A stretch of 64,000 bases of DNA from Tubiluchus corallicola (taxonomy: Eukaryota; Animalia; Priapulida), in contig JAQGDQ010002384.1 in assembly GCA_030141605.1 (NCBI GenBank), positions 248,001-312,000 of the forward strand. Reading direction: 5' to 3'. Positions within the stretch are counted from its first letter, which is position 1; each line of letters starts with the position of its first letter. The notes beneath the pieces were generated by a model, which did no database searches, was not told where the DNA came from, and was given only the letters and a program-made list of their open reading frames with translations. The position numbers were made by a program, and so were the translations under genes. Shown here piece by piece: positions 27,414-42,765 of the stretch.

Positions 27414-29215
27414 ACTGCATATATCCTCCTGTTTTATACACTCAAGACATCACTTTCGTTCGCAAAACGTAGTCCTCTACTCATAAATGCTATCTCCTCC
27501 TCATACATAATGTAATAAATGGCACACGCACATGTTATGTGAATTTCGACTGTGTGCAAAGCTGAGAGGGCGATCGTTATTCCGCAAAAGTACAGCTTCC
27601 CCGGAGCAGCGTATCTGTCAGTATCTCCACTCGGTCGTTATGGCTTAATGGCTTCCCATTTGTTTCTCTATGGTCCCAGTGGGCCCTGAAAACCACTCTC
27701 AATTTGGAAAAAGCTCGAAAACTCTTTTAATAAAACATCCAGCCATTGTCTTCAACCCGGGCAGTCGCCATATGTCGTCCCCCTGGTGTGCAATGCGCAT
27801 TCTTAATAGGGAATATCGTTCTCAAGCATTATGACATTAAACTGTCGTACCTCATTGGAAATACTGCAGTTTGCCTTTTTCAGTCAGTGCGACGCTTGTA
27901 ACAGTTGTCAAAATATTGATATTCGTGTAACTACAGCCTGTACTAAGTGCCACTAATTGAACTTTTATTGGTCGCATTAATGACTATAATCCGGGGTTTT
28001 CATTAGTGAACAATGAATAGGTCTCCCATTACCATGTCGTTATCACTAATGCTGTGTGGTGATGCTGCTAAACGGCGCTGGCTTCCCCAGCCTTGTTTAC
28101 ATATAATGTCAGCCGAAACTTCCAACTTTCTGATTTAGTAAACTGCATGCAAAATTTTTAATATCCTCGATGCCGGGATGTTTGCTGGATTTATATTGTA
28201 GCGAGTTTAGTTTATTGTTAATTTCTTCCATGTAAGACTCTTCTGTTTTCTTGAATTTTGTGAAATTCTGTGTTTTACATTCGAAGGCCTGTGGGAGTCT
28301 GGAATTGCAGAAATGTAGATTTTTCCGGAGTCGTGAAAACTCGTAAGCGCATTATTTTCCGCTTTTCCAAAAATCATAAATTGCCGTAGGGATATAGAAA
28401 AGAATTTTTCTTGACGTGACTTAAAGTTTTCTAAACCTGTTTGAAACAAATACGGGTATCATGTAATGTTTTTATCACATTTGTTCAGTATAGATAACTA
28501 GGTAAATCTCCAAATTCTGACAGCTACATCCAACAGTACCAAAATCATGCAAATGTTTAAATTTTATAAGACCCTAATAAACACAAACATTTCACTTTTA
28601 CAATGACCGCCCGACATTTCTGCTTTTACGACCTTTTTGCGGGCTCTCAGCCGTTCATATACGCCCACACGTCCTCTAGTTTTGAATTAGGTGGTATTCA
28701 CATTTATTCAGCATTTCTACTTGCACTCACACTATTAGTAGAGGTAAAATCCAGTGTTTAATGAAGACCAAATCTTACACGCAATACTAAGCATACGTAC
28801 TTAAGTTTATACAATAGACCGGTGGGATTGACGTATGATTGAACGTGGTCTCTGTTGTGGTGGTATGTAATTCCACCTCTGGACTAACATTGTAAAATAC
28901 ATACTTTACTTATGTAAAGTGTATTCGAAATAAAATGATGTTAATAATAATAATAATACCGATGAAAATAAATTTGTGAACTTTCTTAGGATCTTTACGA
29001 AGGTTTTAACCCTTTCGGATAGCCATTCATTTGACATTAAAATGAAAATGATTTCTACTGTAGTATTGCGTGCCCGTTTCTAGGACCAAATGGCGAGTAC
29101 GGAAGAAAAGAAGTAACTGACTCTTTTAGCTCAGAATATTTTTTGAATTATTATCATCTTATACGAGATACAGATTTGTAATGCAACAATTTTTTCTAAA
29201 AATTTTGTCATAACG

Positions 29216-29392
29216 CTCTCTCTCTCTCTCTCTCGCTCTCTCTCTCTCTCTCCTCTCCTCTCCTCTCCCCTCCCCTCCCCTCTCCTCTCCTCTCCTCTCC
29301 TCTCCTCTCCTCTCCTCTCCCCTCCCCTCCCCTCCCCTCCCCTCCCCCTTCTCTCTCTCACTCTATCTATCTCTCTTTGTCTCTCTCTCCCT
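29216..29392. repeat. (CT)n/(CTCCT)n polypyrimidine microsatellite
   Basis: Visible directly. Confidence 0.95.
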
Positions 29393-31723
29393 CTTGCTCG
29401 CTTCCTTTTTCCCCTTGTTCCTGAATTTCGTTTTCACTTTGCTCTTCCCATCTTCCTCATATTTTCAGCAGTTATAGGAAACAATAAACTTGCGACATTA
29501 ACGCTCTTTGCCTGCAACGCTGATTGCGTGCGTTGACGAGTCTATTTTATTTGGACAACATGCTGTATTGTCTGGCAGCTTCATCAGTTTATACCACAAA
29601 GTAATGCTCGTGTGTTTGCTGTGTAAATTCGTACTGACACAAACATAAAGGCAGCGAATAACATTATGAAGGCTAGGTGTCGTTTTCCTGAATCCATTTC
29701 CAACTTTGAATGTTTGAGCCGATAACGATAAAGCCGTCTCACCAAGCTATTGACGCAGGCTATTGAATTTCACGATGCGCCACATCCAAAACTTCGAGAA
29801 ATGGGTGGAGTTCCTTAGTAAATTCCCGTAAAATTTAATCTTCTGAACGAACGGATTGCCGTAGATTCTTTCGGATGTAGTAGGAACTTCTGTTAACCCT
29901 TTATCTCTGTCACTGCTTCGTCTGTTGTATTACTGCTGCATTGCTGTGCAGCAGTGCTGTTTTTTGGCTTTCTTGCTACATTTGTGTACGCAACTTTCAA
30001 ATGTAATGAACAAGAATACAAATTTTGAGGACTTCCTCGAGCGTGAGATCATAAAGCAAATTAGAAAACGTCTTTGCTCCGGAGATTACTAATGGATGCA
30101 ACTTTGTTATTCAATTCGACATTCTACAAGCAAGTATTCAGTGGTACAGCTAACTTCATGTGGATTATTGGCGAAAACTTCGCTCATTTGCTACGGCTCG
30201 TGCTCCTACAAGATGAGAGATTGTTCCAGCAGAAGTGTCTCAACGACACATGGATGTGAATAAAAATCCTTCAGCGAGGTAAAGACTAAAGAGCCACCCA
30301 GGAGTATTGAATCCAGACTGTCACAAGCACTTCAGTGACGAAGTGGCTTAAACTTTGGTCGCGAGGAATACGTACGTGACCACTAGCTATTCACCTGCCT
30401 TCGTCGACAACACGTCTTATCGTTGTTGCCGTAAATTTGCGTTACATCAGACATTTACCATGTCTCCGTTGCCATTTCTGTTCACCCTCTTTTTATGTTT
30501 TTAAAATTTGATGAGTGAACAAAACATTTTCACATAACTTCGTGACCGGATCAATCTGTTATGTTTGAATAAATAATATAAGCAAATAAATAAAACGATA
30601 CAATTGTATATGATCAATTTAGACTAGTTGTTTTTGGTCCAGTAGCCGTTTTTGGTTGTTTCTCTAACTAGCTGGATATAATAAAGAATTTGTTTCAGGT
30701 GTTATAGTTTCGATGATGTGAAACCGATATTAACCTAACAGAAACTAATTACATGTAAATAAATAACGTTGCCTGCCATTATGGATGTTGCGCAAGATCA
30801 AAAATGTCTCATTAGTACTAGTACTTACCATAAAAATGTCCGCGATTTTCCTTGTGTTATTAGCTGAAAGGGCCTGAACATTATAATAAAGTTTAGCTTA
30901 AATTAAATAAAATATTGCCAAAGACAGTTGACACACACTGGCGATGTGTACATGTATCATGCTTTATGGGTTTCAATATAGCAACATTGAATGCCATTCG
31001 CGCGGATATTAAACTTGCGCTCATAAACAGAATGAATTACAGGGAAACGATTGAAGTCGTGTTTTAGCGCCAGCTTGTTGAAAAATATGATCGATTAATT
31101 TTCGAAGAATTTTCCAGTTTTTCTGTGGGTTGCATAAACTAAAATATTACCGGTTCATGAGAAATCTTGTTAAGCTGCCACGGCGCGTAAATGCGTTGGC
31201 GAATAAATTCTCTTCCATTATGGAAGAAAAGTACACTTGAAGGTTCCCAGTTTCTGGATTTTCATGCATAGTTTCTGCAATCATTTATTTGTGATCTTAT
31301 ATTTGGGCTCAAATGTACTAGCAGAATTGCAAGCTGTTCAATGCTCATAATTGCTCATACACACACATACGCACAGTTATGTGTGTGTGTGTGTGTGCGT
31401 GTGCGTGCGTGTATATGTGCGTGCGTGTGTAGCTGCGGTTGCTAGTAAAGAGGCGAATATCTGACTACTTGCCTTTTCATCTTGACATTTAGTGGAAAAA
31501 CCTGATTGGATTTATATTGTCATCGTAATAATTCTTTGACACAATCGGCCCGATTTGTTCAGCTGCATTTGCGCATACTATCTAGGATCATAGTAGAGTT
31601 AAGACGCTGTTAGCGTATTTTAAACTGGGAGTTGAACTAACTAGAATTGAACTTGTGTCGGCATCCAGTTACAGTATCTAGTAAGAAATAGAGAAATAAA
31701 TTTATTTTCTTGTTCTTTTGCAG

Positions 31724-31869
31724 GCAAAATCAAATACTCGGAGAGGGTTTACGACGCGTGTATGGAAGCATTCGATTGTTTACCTCTAGCAGCGATAATG
31801 AACCAACAATTTCTGTGTGTTCACGGTGGCCTTTCTCCCGAAATACATACACTAGATGATATAAGAAAG
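31724..31869 (+). CDS. PPP3CA: Calcineurin A exon 5 ([14 protein letters not shown]...[18 protein letters not shown]), 146 nt
   Basis: HGGLSP motif; ttttgcag acceptor, AAG|GTATCA donor. Confidence 0.97.
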
Positions 31870-31985
31870 GTATCACTAATGAAAAGTTTAAAATTTTGCA
31901 TGCATATATAATTTGCTGGCAAACAATGTTATTCAAATCATGCTATATAAATAATGTACATGCACGTATGTTGTGGCAATATACA

Positions 31986-32364
31986 TAGGGTTCCCTTGGT
32001 CAGGGAAAATCCTTGAAAATGCAGGCTATCCTGTAAAGTAATGGAAAAGTCGGGGAAAATGATGAAAATTGGGCGAAAGTCAGGGAAGTTGGAAAGGATT
32101 GCAAAAATAATCATCGTGAATCGATATTTTTCCAAACATATTTTTCAGCTATTCATGTTCAAATAAACGATTTCTATTCCAAAAGTAATGATTGACCGAC
32201 ACATTATATCAATTTATGTATGAATGTCCATACATAAAAATGTTTGAATATGTATACTGGTAATCCAATTTCTGCTTATCTTGATCTTAGAAAATCAATA
32301 TTTGGTAAGGGAAAGGTCATGGAAAAGTCAGCGAAATTTATTTTAAAATTCTGTGGGAACCCTG
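31986..32364. mobile_element. MITE with AGGGTTCCC...GGGAACCCT TIR and subterminal GTCAGGGAA repeats
   Basis: 9-bp inverted ends and repeated gtca(g/t)ggaaa motifs near both ends; no TSD recognised. Confidence 0.65.
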
Positions 32365-33117
32365 TTAATACACTGGATGTTATAAGAAAGGTATCACGAT
32401 TTTAAAAGCATAAAATTTGACATGCATAAGTAATTTCTCGGGTACATATGGCTTACGAGATTAATGTTATACTGCTCCTGCAAATAATACTATATGCAAA
32501 TCATACTATGGTATGCGTGCATGCAATATTGTGACAAATTTCCCCATAGGCCAGATACACACAAGAAAATTTTGTAATACGTTTTTATAGGTTCTCTGGA
32601 ATGAGCCTATATTGTAAGTGTAATGTTGCAGACATATTGCACTATTCTGTAAAAATATTTGCTCGTTATTTGTGCGCGATGCATAAACACTTATCATTTA
32701 TTTAATCAAAATTGATGATTAAAGCTATAACTGCTGATCTTTTATTACTTGCTGTTTGTGGCATTACAATGGATAAACGTAGTTGTGAGGTGTTTTTACA
32801 AAAAAACCTTTGCAACCTTTCCTTAGAAAAATAAACCTCACTTAGCACACCCTCCTCTTAATTTTACATCTTTTTGAATGGCGTACCTAGCAACCGCCTG
32901 CTGATTTCTCTGCTCTGATTACCTGGGTGGAAGTGCATTAACTCACCTGTAACTTACACCTGTATTGCCCTGGATATTGATGTTGGGGAATTCCGCGGCA
33001 ACACATTCTCTTTAGCCGTGTAAATCTTATGTGATCAAAAAACCATTCCGTGTATTTGTAGTAGGGTTGTAAACTTGCTGTAAACTACAATCCAGTCTAT
33101 CCACTCCTAATAAATAG

Positions 33118-33625
<508 letters not shown>

Positions 33626-35560
33626 TGTGTCTGTGTCTAACCGCATATCTGTCGCTCTTTCTGTCTCCTGTTTAATTTTCTATCTCATTTCAAATCTACG
33701 TATTTCAGATTATCAGAAGTTATTTTGCGTTTCGCTTTTCAATGCGGTATGCACGTCGAATTATTTTCTTGCTGTCTTTCAAGCTTTTAATTTTCCTATT
33801 TTTAAAGGCTATTTTGCTTGAAAAAATGCACAGGATCTAAGCTTTAGTTGTTAAGCTTTGGTAAGACAAATTGTCGTACTTCTGTAAATTAGTTGAAGTA
33901 CATTAGGCCTAGTGTGCTTTGGGAATTCGAGTATGCAGAATGTTGTAAGACCTGTGTAGAAGGATGAATGATTCATAATTGCATATGGGAAATTGGGACC
34001 ACAAAGCATTAAGAACTGTTGTCGTAGAAGCTGACGAACCGTTGCCCTTGAAGGGCCTTTCTGTTTCTGAATTCCCCATGCAGTGAAGTTCCAAGGTCCT
34101 GTGGCTTCCAACACTACTACACAGCATTCGTTTGCTGAACAGATTAAACCATGTTATGTTAGGTAGTTTGCTTCAATAAGCTGCTTTAGTGTCCAACTGG
34201 ATTGGCTCAACTAACTGAGCTAAGCCATGTACAAGTATGTACATTTGCTGGAAACTTAATACTTTTGAAATAGAGGTTTCTACATGTTTACCTTGGCGTA
34301 GTCTGTCATTGACTTTACTTATTAGGCATAAATGGCATCCGCTGCAGTAGCATGCCTCTGAAATAACTTCATTAAATAATCGCTGTTATGGTTTATATTT
34401 CTCATCATGTAGTTTCCAACCTAGAGCGCATGATTGTTTTAAGTTAGGTTTTTACAGGTAGCCTTAATTAAATTCAGAGCAAGAGATAGTAAGATTGTAG
34501 CGTTAACTTCTTTAATCTTGCAAAAGTGCACGAGCACACCATTGGTTAGCAATTAAAATAAGTACTGCAGATAGTTCAGTAAGACTTAATCTTTAACTAA
34601 ATTTTATACTCTCACCGCCAGTTCCTGAAATAGTAGATGATTGTTGTAAACTGAAAACCCTTGTTTCAGTTGCTTTGTTTAAACGAATGCTTGTCTAATT
34701 TCTCGAAAAATAGGGAGTCTGGGCCCTCCATCTTATTTTGCACTGTGAAATCTAACTACTGTGTATACACGTATTAACTCTCCAGGTATAAAATATTTGC
34801 ACTTGTGTATTTTGGAGTTACATGTAAGGCGCGATGTTCTCAACAACGACCGAACTATTTACGCGTCAAACGAACGGTGATTTTTCCCTTTTTTCCGCAA
34901 AAGTCATAGAACGGAAATGTAAAGAACCGGACTGTTAGAGTTCTAGACATTACTGTAAAGAAAATTCAACGTAGGTGTTAACAGACAGAATTTTGTTTCC
35001 TGGGTGGCTACACTTTCTCGCAGTGGGTATTTTCCCGGATAGAATCCAAGCAAATTTTGTAAAAATGTTGCAAACAATTTCCTGAAAAAATCGATTTGTG
35101 CAACTACGAGGTCGCCCCGAAAAAATAAACACATTATTAGAAAGAGAAAGACCGATTGCAGTGTTTGAGTGTTTCGTGTAAGATAATGTTCACTGAACGA
35201 AAGGGAAGGGTGTACATATTTTGAAATTCTTTTAACATGTGAGTATATTTTGTTGGGCGGCTTTCGCGAAGTCATAGAATTTAACAAAGTTGAGAATGAG
35301 AGACACCTGGTTTAGCGTTTTTATGAAACTCGTGTTTATTGCACGGCGCCAACTAAAGTCGCAATTGGACTAGAAAGAAATTTGTAGCAATGCATTGACG
35401 ATTGATCTTTCTCTTCCTTTTATATTAGTGAAAAAAAAGTCAAATGTGTGTCAGGCTGTCGTTAGACGTTGTCCAAGCGTTGTCAGCCTAGGTGTTAAAC
35501 TTTTTTGTTTGATTAACACGTGAGATTGAGGGGGTCTTGAAAGTAATAATCTTAATTATT

Positions 35561-35790
35561 ACCGGGTGGCGTAGTTCAGTGGTATCGTGCTCACTTCTCA
35601 CTCGCGAGGTCGCGGGTTCAACTTCCGATCGAGTCATACCAAAGACTTAGAATATGGTATCGCTGGTTCTTCAGCCAAGCACACGGGTTTATCGAAATTA
35701 CGTGCGGTTATTATTGATTGGGACCACCTTGGAAATAAGTATTATTTAAGTGTTACCTAAGGTGTTTTCTCTGGATTATATCATATAAAG
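35561..35790 (+). mobile_element. tRNA-derived SINE, possibly MetaSINE type
   Basis: A-box-like TGGCGTAGTTCAGTGG and B-box-like GGTTCAACTTCC followed by GAGTCATACCAAAGACTT...ATGGTA, which I recall as a conserved SINE central domain; 3' end approximate. Confidence 0.65.
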
Positions 35791-38256
35791 TTATCCTACA
35801 AGTGTAATCCATGTCTGTGCAGCATTTGTGTACACTCCATCTCGTCCAAACTTGGCTGACTATTAGCTTTGCCAAACTTACCCAGGGAAAACAGAAAGAC
35901 CACAAAACAGAAAAGGCAAACTACTTTCTGCTAGAGTAGACCATTGTTTACTCTGGAAGGAGAATTTTTTGGCTTCACATTCAGTTTGCTTTGCCTACTT
36001 TTCCCTCACTTCATTGTTTCTTCAGTTTTTTATTCATGCGTACTTTGTGAGTCTAGTAATAAGCAAAATTGTTGCCCTCACGCAGATCTAGGTCAGTCAA
36101 CGTTAGCGATATTGGCATCCTTGATGGATATCGCTGCCCGGGAATAATGCTGATCGATATGTCGACCAATCGCAGGCGCTGATGGCCAGGAAAAATGGAG
36201 CAGCTAATCCTTTCGGATTAATTGCGGATTATGAGTAGATATTTTAGCGGCTGTTTGTGATTAGATCCCATTGGGCTGTTAATGTCTGTTGGATTAATTA
36301 GCGACACGTGCTTTTCTCAGTAATGAAAATGTGATCATTATTCGATTGCCTATATTTAGCACAATACACACAGTAAGCTCATTATTATTTCAAAGCCCAG
36401 CCTTGTCTAATTCACAGTGACGTCATAGCTGCTAATGTAAGTAATACATAGAACCCTCAGCACTGAGATGCTGATTTGCCAGTCTCCATAGCATGCGAGA
36501 CAAAGCTGATAACAGTAACCAAAAAAACGAGGTCTGATCTGTACCTGTGCTGGGTTGTTAAAACTTAATGCCGTGGCTTCTTGTTTGGTTCGTAGCACAA
36601 GTTTTTTACAAGATAGTACGAGATAGTTATCTGCGTTATCTTACAGGCTTTGTTTATAGCAAAATGTTTGAACTGTGAATTTACCAAAATGTAATTTTTA
36701 AACTGTGTCTGAATTCCTGGCCAAACAAAAGTTGCAGTTTGGAATAAATCTAAGTTGTTATTTGAATTGAAAATGGTTTCCTAAAACTTTGAAGAAAATC
36801 CACGTTCGAGGACGTCAACGTTAAAATAATATTGAAATAAAGGCGTTAAGGAAAATTAAACAAGTTCCAAGTCTCTGGTTTTGTTTTGTTGATGTATTTA
36901 GTTTTCACAAATTAAGATGCTGACCAATTTTTATTGGTATTTCAACAAATTGCTGCGGCGTTAAGTGCAGTGCTGCCAGCATTGTTGTCAATTTATTTAT
37001 TATGTGCACAAAATAAACAAAAATTTAGTTAATTTTGGTACAGTCTTGCCACTCCATTCTGTTTTAATTGTGCAAAAAACGTGTTTGGGATAATACAACG
37101 TCTTCAGAAAAATTATAATGTAATTAGCCTTTGACAAGTGCTAGTGTTTTTGCCAAATAAAGCAAGATTACTTTTTTATATACATGTACATTTACTATAA
37201 ATGTAAAGTGTAAAGGCAGTATTGAAATACACACAGATATAAGACAGCTGCAACACATAAAGAATTTGCAGTTAAGTTTCAAAAACTCGTTTATATAAAA
37301 ATTTAAAAATCATTTGAATTAACCTATATGTAGTTATGTTATGTAGGCACGTTAACTACAGTGTTTTCAATATTCCTGTTGATCTTATGGGCTTTTTCAA
37401 CTATTTATAGTGTATTCTATTGACACCTGTGGCCTATCCATTAATATCTAATGCTGACTCAGGCAATTCCCCTAGTGGCTTGGAAATCAATACAGTTAAG
37501 CTAATACCTTGTTGGATAATTAAGTTAATCATAGTTATGCAATTGGCATATAATGCGTTGCTGCTAGATCTTGGAATAATAGCGGAGAGAAGGCAGATAC
37601 CCTGGTGCTAAAGAAAGCATACATTAAAAATGTTTCCAAAGTATTTATTATGTAATCATTGCCACCATCATTTTCATTTTGTTATTATCATTATTGTAAA
37701 CATTGAACTGTATCACTATTATTGTTATTATTTTTATAAGCTAGGCATATAACTAAATAATCGCTATGATGTGTATCCACCAAGAAACCAGTCCTGATAC
37801 CAGCCCCTGTTCTGATTAGACATCTCACCTTGGAGTATCTTTGCTATTAAGCTGGAGGATTATTTTTTGTATTAAACTAAATTTTAGTCCTGCCGCAATT
37901 GTCAGGTGTTGAATTTTAAACCTCAGCTTGCAGAGGGCTAAACTATTTAAAATTGTTGTTTCTTGAACGTTTGACTGATTTCAAAAGGATTATTTTCTCT
38001 GCCAATGATTGTCTTCAAAAAGTGTGTAGGCTTTCTAATGTATATAATTTTTATTTTACTGTAAAAATACAGAAAATACATATCAGTTCTGGTCAAGTAT
38101 GTGTATATGTATATGTTAGTCCAGTAAATACAAAAGTGGCCACCTTTGGATGTCCATGACTTGCAGTTCCATAAATGTACCCTGCCATTTGGATACTATG
38201 TATTCAGAGCAGATGCTTTAGTTAGCTATTTACACATTTTCATTTCTGTATTGCAG

Positions 38257-38396
38257 CTTGATAGATTCAAGGAGCCTCCAGCATTTGGGCCTATGTGTGA
38301 TCTGCTGTGGTCTGACCCTCTAGAAGACTTTGGTAGTGAAAAGAATGCTGAGCACTTCAGTCACAATAGCGTGCGAGGTTGCTCATACTTCTATAG
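38257..38396 (+). CDS. PPP3CA: Calcineurin A exon 6 ([21 protein letters not shown]...VRGCSYFY), 140 nt
   Basis: DLLWSDP and RGCS motifs; ttgcag acceptor, AG|GTAACT donor. Confidence 0.97.
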
Positions 38397-39334
38397 GTAA
38401 CTACCGGAAGCTTACACTAGTTACTATTTATTAAATGGTAGCGTTACACTTTTTAAATTTTCTTGTGAGTTGTTAGTAGTGCTGGACTAAAAGCAAAGCT
38501 TACTTTTACTTCCATTGCCTCAATTCACATGTAAAGAATGCAAAAGTGTGAACTACACATAAATTCTTTAACAGATTCCAGACTTAAGGGGAATATTTTA
38601 GTTCTAGTATTTCACTTTTTAGGCTGTTGGATACTGCAGTTCACCTAAAAAAATATTTCGTTTGTACGTTATTTGTAAATTTCTAAACCAGATGTATAGA
38701 GAAAAATCTATGTTACGTCAAGATACCACTTGTGCTATCTGTGGATAGTTCAGATTCTGTCAGCTGTTTCTTTTCTCTTACACTACGTGTATTTTCTGAA
38801 GTTTCACTTTTTAATTAAGTGATTGTTCCAAAATTTCAAAATCTGGGGAGAGCTCTTCCTCTTAAATGTTTAAATGATTTGTGAATTTGAAATCGTAGTC
38901 TAGCACCAGCAATTTGCTTATTGTAGTCAAGACATGCATTCTTATTATAATATAATAAATGTTATATTTGTTACGACATCTTATTATAATATAATAATGC
39001 ATTTGCCTGAAAGGCAATACTTGCCACAGAATTTAATTACATACTGGTAGTATATTGTTATTGGGTTTTACATGTCTGGAGTTGGGTAACTAAATTTTTC
39101 CTAGTACATAAAGACACAAATACTTGTTATGGATAGAGTCAGAAAAATTTAAATAAATCAAAATGAGCAGTAAATGAGGGAGATCTTGGAAAAAAGATGG
39201 TCACCAAATTTCTCAGTCTAGAAAAAATTGTGAATCACATATTCCGGTTTAGGATGTTTATAGTTGTTAAAAGCCTTTAATGGCGTCTCTCTTACAGAAT
39301 TGCTATTAATTAGTTTACTTTGATTTGTTCACAG

Positions 39335-39412
39335 CTATGCAGCGTGTTGTGATTTCTTGGCACAAAATAACCTGCTCTCAATAATCAGGGCTCACGAAGC
39401 TCAGGATGCGGG
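39335..39412 (+). CDS. PPP3CA: Calcineurin A exon 7 ([27 protein letters not shown]), 78 nt
   Basis: RAHE motif; cacag acceptor, GG|GTAAGT donor. Confidence 0.97.
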
Positions 39413-39729
39413 GTAAGTTAAATTGTCCTGTATTTACAGAGTAAGATAGGATTGCATGGAACTGAATGTATGCTGAGCTACCACTTATGTGGAGCCATAC
39501 ATTTAACCATTTTCATTTGTATGAGTTACTCCCATCTCCTAATTTTTATTGGGGGTTCACTGTTCACTCTCTTTGTTCACACATTTCATCCCTGCTGTGC
39601 ATATGGTAAGAATCATACATTAAATTAATGCATAATTGTACATAGAATGAGAAACATACTTTAATAATATATACTTGTTATTAGTTGCTAATAACTGTAT
39701 CACACATTTTTTCTGCTTTCCACACTTAA

Positions 39730-40284
39730 AGGAAAACCGGATGATTGTTTATACTCAATCTCATTTTAATTTACTGTCCAAAATATACGTGTTCTTGCCT
39801 ATAAAAGTTAGCAATTGTTTCTTATATTTGAATAATTAGCTTAGAAAGTTAACTAATGGCAACCGAACACAGCTATTGTTTACACCAGAAACTAACCACA
39901 GTTTGTGCAATAACAGGCATCTTCCCTTGCGCGTCAAGCGTGTTTGCGTAAGTTTTACAGTACTGCTTAAACATGTGATGTCACGAAAATGAGCTCTATG
40001 CCACATGACGTCAGAAACTAACACAGCAGTTCATGATCGTGGTTATCTCGGTGCCGCCTTCTATTTGTCGGCCATGCGCTTGTGACAAAAAGGCGCCATT
40101 GCCAATCTTGTATCTTAGTAGATTCACTGAGCCGCGCGTAGCTTTGAAAGTTCAACAAAATTTGAGAATCTGAGGTAATTATTATTTAATCTAAGCTTTG
40201 ATTCAAAAAAAGCTATTGTAGTTTTCAATATTTTAGAGCATTCTTTATTCAGAACTAATGTTTACACAATCGTCCGGTTTTCTT
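39730..40284. mobile_element. TTAA-targeting MITE (Kolobok/piggyBac-like)
   Basis: TTAA|AGGAAAACCGGATGATTGT ... ACAATCGTCCGGTTTTCTT|TTAA: near-perfect 19-bp TIR with TTAA on both sides. Confidence 0.8.
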
Positions 40285-40984
40285 TTAACATTATGGCACC
40301 CTAAATGGGAATGATTATACACACGTCATAAAGTTATGAAGGAAACTTGTCAGGAGCTTTGCTTTCTCAACCCACATTATGTTTTGCTGAGTTAAATTTG
40401 CTATACACAAAATTTTTAACTTCTTTATAACAAGAACAATATATGTTTCATAAACATCCCACAATATAGTAAATTTCATTCAATTTTTATTAGAAGAATT
40501 CAATGTTTCCACTGCACACTAGCAGTCATTGTCAGGAAATATAGACTGATTTAAAAACCCTTCTGTTACATTTTACTAATTATTCAGCTCACTGACATTG
40601 TTTACATTTGGAATCTTAAATGTTTTTTACATTAATTCCTACGGTAAATCCTATAAACGATCATCATAAAAACATGTTGAGACATTTTGTTCTCCAGTGT
40701 CGATAAGCAAATGGTAAGTAAAATGGACAAACAACACCGTAGGTCTGCGACTGCAGCTTAACTCATTGGTCAGTTTCTACTTTTGTAGCAGTAACAGCAT
40801 TGTGACGTCAGAAGATAAAAACTATCACGATTTATTGATTACATATTTTCACCACGCGTGTTTATTGTCTTATGCCGTTCAGTCATTCTGCTTTCGGATT
40901 AGGACCATATTTTATTCGTTAAATTTAGCTCACTTTTATCAGCCGTTTTTCAGTTTCCTTAAGAGAAATGAGCTGAAGCATTAG

Positions 40985-41152
<168 letters not shown>

Positions 41153-41888
41153 TAAACGATTATTAGTATCATAATTAAGTTGAAACTGTAGAATGAAAAT
41201 AGAGCAAAAATTGAGACCATTAACAGCCGTAACTTTTTTTACAAATATCTGTTTCTGAAAATTGATAAAAATAGTTCGTAGTTTCGTAGTTTAGGTTACA
41301 AAAAATCGAAAAGGCGTGCATTTTGGCTGTTTGTGTGAAATTGCTTACTTTTTGGAATGCTGCTGGGTAAGTCATTTGTGTAGAAATTTCCTATTTTAGT
41401 ACGCAGTCCGGTTGTGTTTTTGAGCATTTTGTGCTCTTTTTGATGGGCTAAAGTCTGCAACTGATAGACTTCTGATGATATGGAGATTGCAAAGTTTGTT
41501 GTATGTAGTTTTTATTGTTACGTTGACAAATGTATGCCAAGTTGAAAGATTTTGCATATCTCTAAGCTTAATAATATGTTTGTGTGTACATTTTTGAAGT
41601 AAAAAATACTGAGCAAACTTAGTTAAGTTTGAAAATTCACTATTGTAATTTTTTAAAAGAAAATTTTTGAAGTTGGAACTTGTTGATTAATACACTTTCA
41701 AAAGTAACTAATAGAGTTTGTCTGGTATTTTCTTTACTGCATAGGCCATTGCTTTCGTTGAAAAGTTAAAGCGTCATGGAAAATTTTATGGTAGTAACTG
41801 CCTACTCGATTAAAATGTCAGTCGTTATTTTATTGTGATATTGTGGTTTTTAACTTTGTATTTATTTCTTTTGAACTGAATTGAATAG

Positions 41889-42065
<177 letters not shown>

Positions 42066-42687
42066 TAGGTTGGCATTGAAGGCTTCTTATTTTATTGTGC
42101 CAAAATGAATTCATATGTATCAATAAAAGCTATGCTTTATTACTCTGTCTGCTGCGTTGCTTGGCGCGCGGCTTACAGACTGGAAAATAAAATCCACCAT
42201 GAATCACTGAATTACGCTGATGTTACTTTCACAGTAATAAAAATGTGGAGCCAGTGGTGCAGATAAATTTGCGATGTACAATATGGTTGTGTAACGTTAG
42301 GCTAAGTAAACTTGGCAGAATTGAGTCAGTCAAAATTGAATTTCTGTATAAGGAAATATGTAAGACTTGTTGCATGCATTAATTATCATTTTTAAATCAG
42401 CACAGTTTTAGATGTGTTCTTTCTCTTTGTTTTCTAGCGTGGTTACAATTACACGTAATTTCTTCTGCGTTGCCTTCAATTTTCTGAACATTGCAAAACC
42501 ATTATACTTTTCTTGTTTAACGTAGATCATTTGTCTCATTTTGATCAAAGCAAGGGTTTTGCATTGAAGGTTTTGTAAAATATGATATTTAATGAAACGT
42601 TCAAGGGTACAACGAATGAACGATGTAGGCGACAAAACCGATATTAACGATAATGTAACTAATTATTACTTGTGCTTGTTTTTGTAG

Positions 42688-42765
42688 TGACAGAGATGCT
42701 AGTGAACGTACTGAACATTTGTTCAGATGATGAACTCATGTCAGAAGGTGACGACACATTTGAAG
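42688..42765 (+). CDS. PPP3CA: Calcineurin A exon 10 ([26 protein letters not shown]), 78 nt
   Basis: End of the CnB-binding helix; tttgtag acceptor, G|GTGGGT donor (phase 1). Confidence 0.95.

Noticed and set aside
35563-35635. tRNA gene
   Set aside because: No convincing acceptor stem, and it continues into a SINE-like body; called a SINE.
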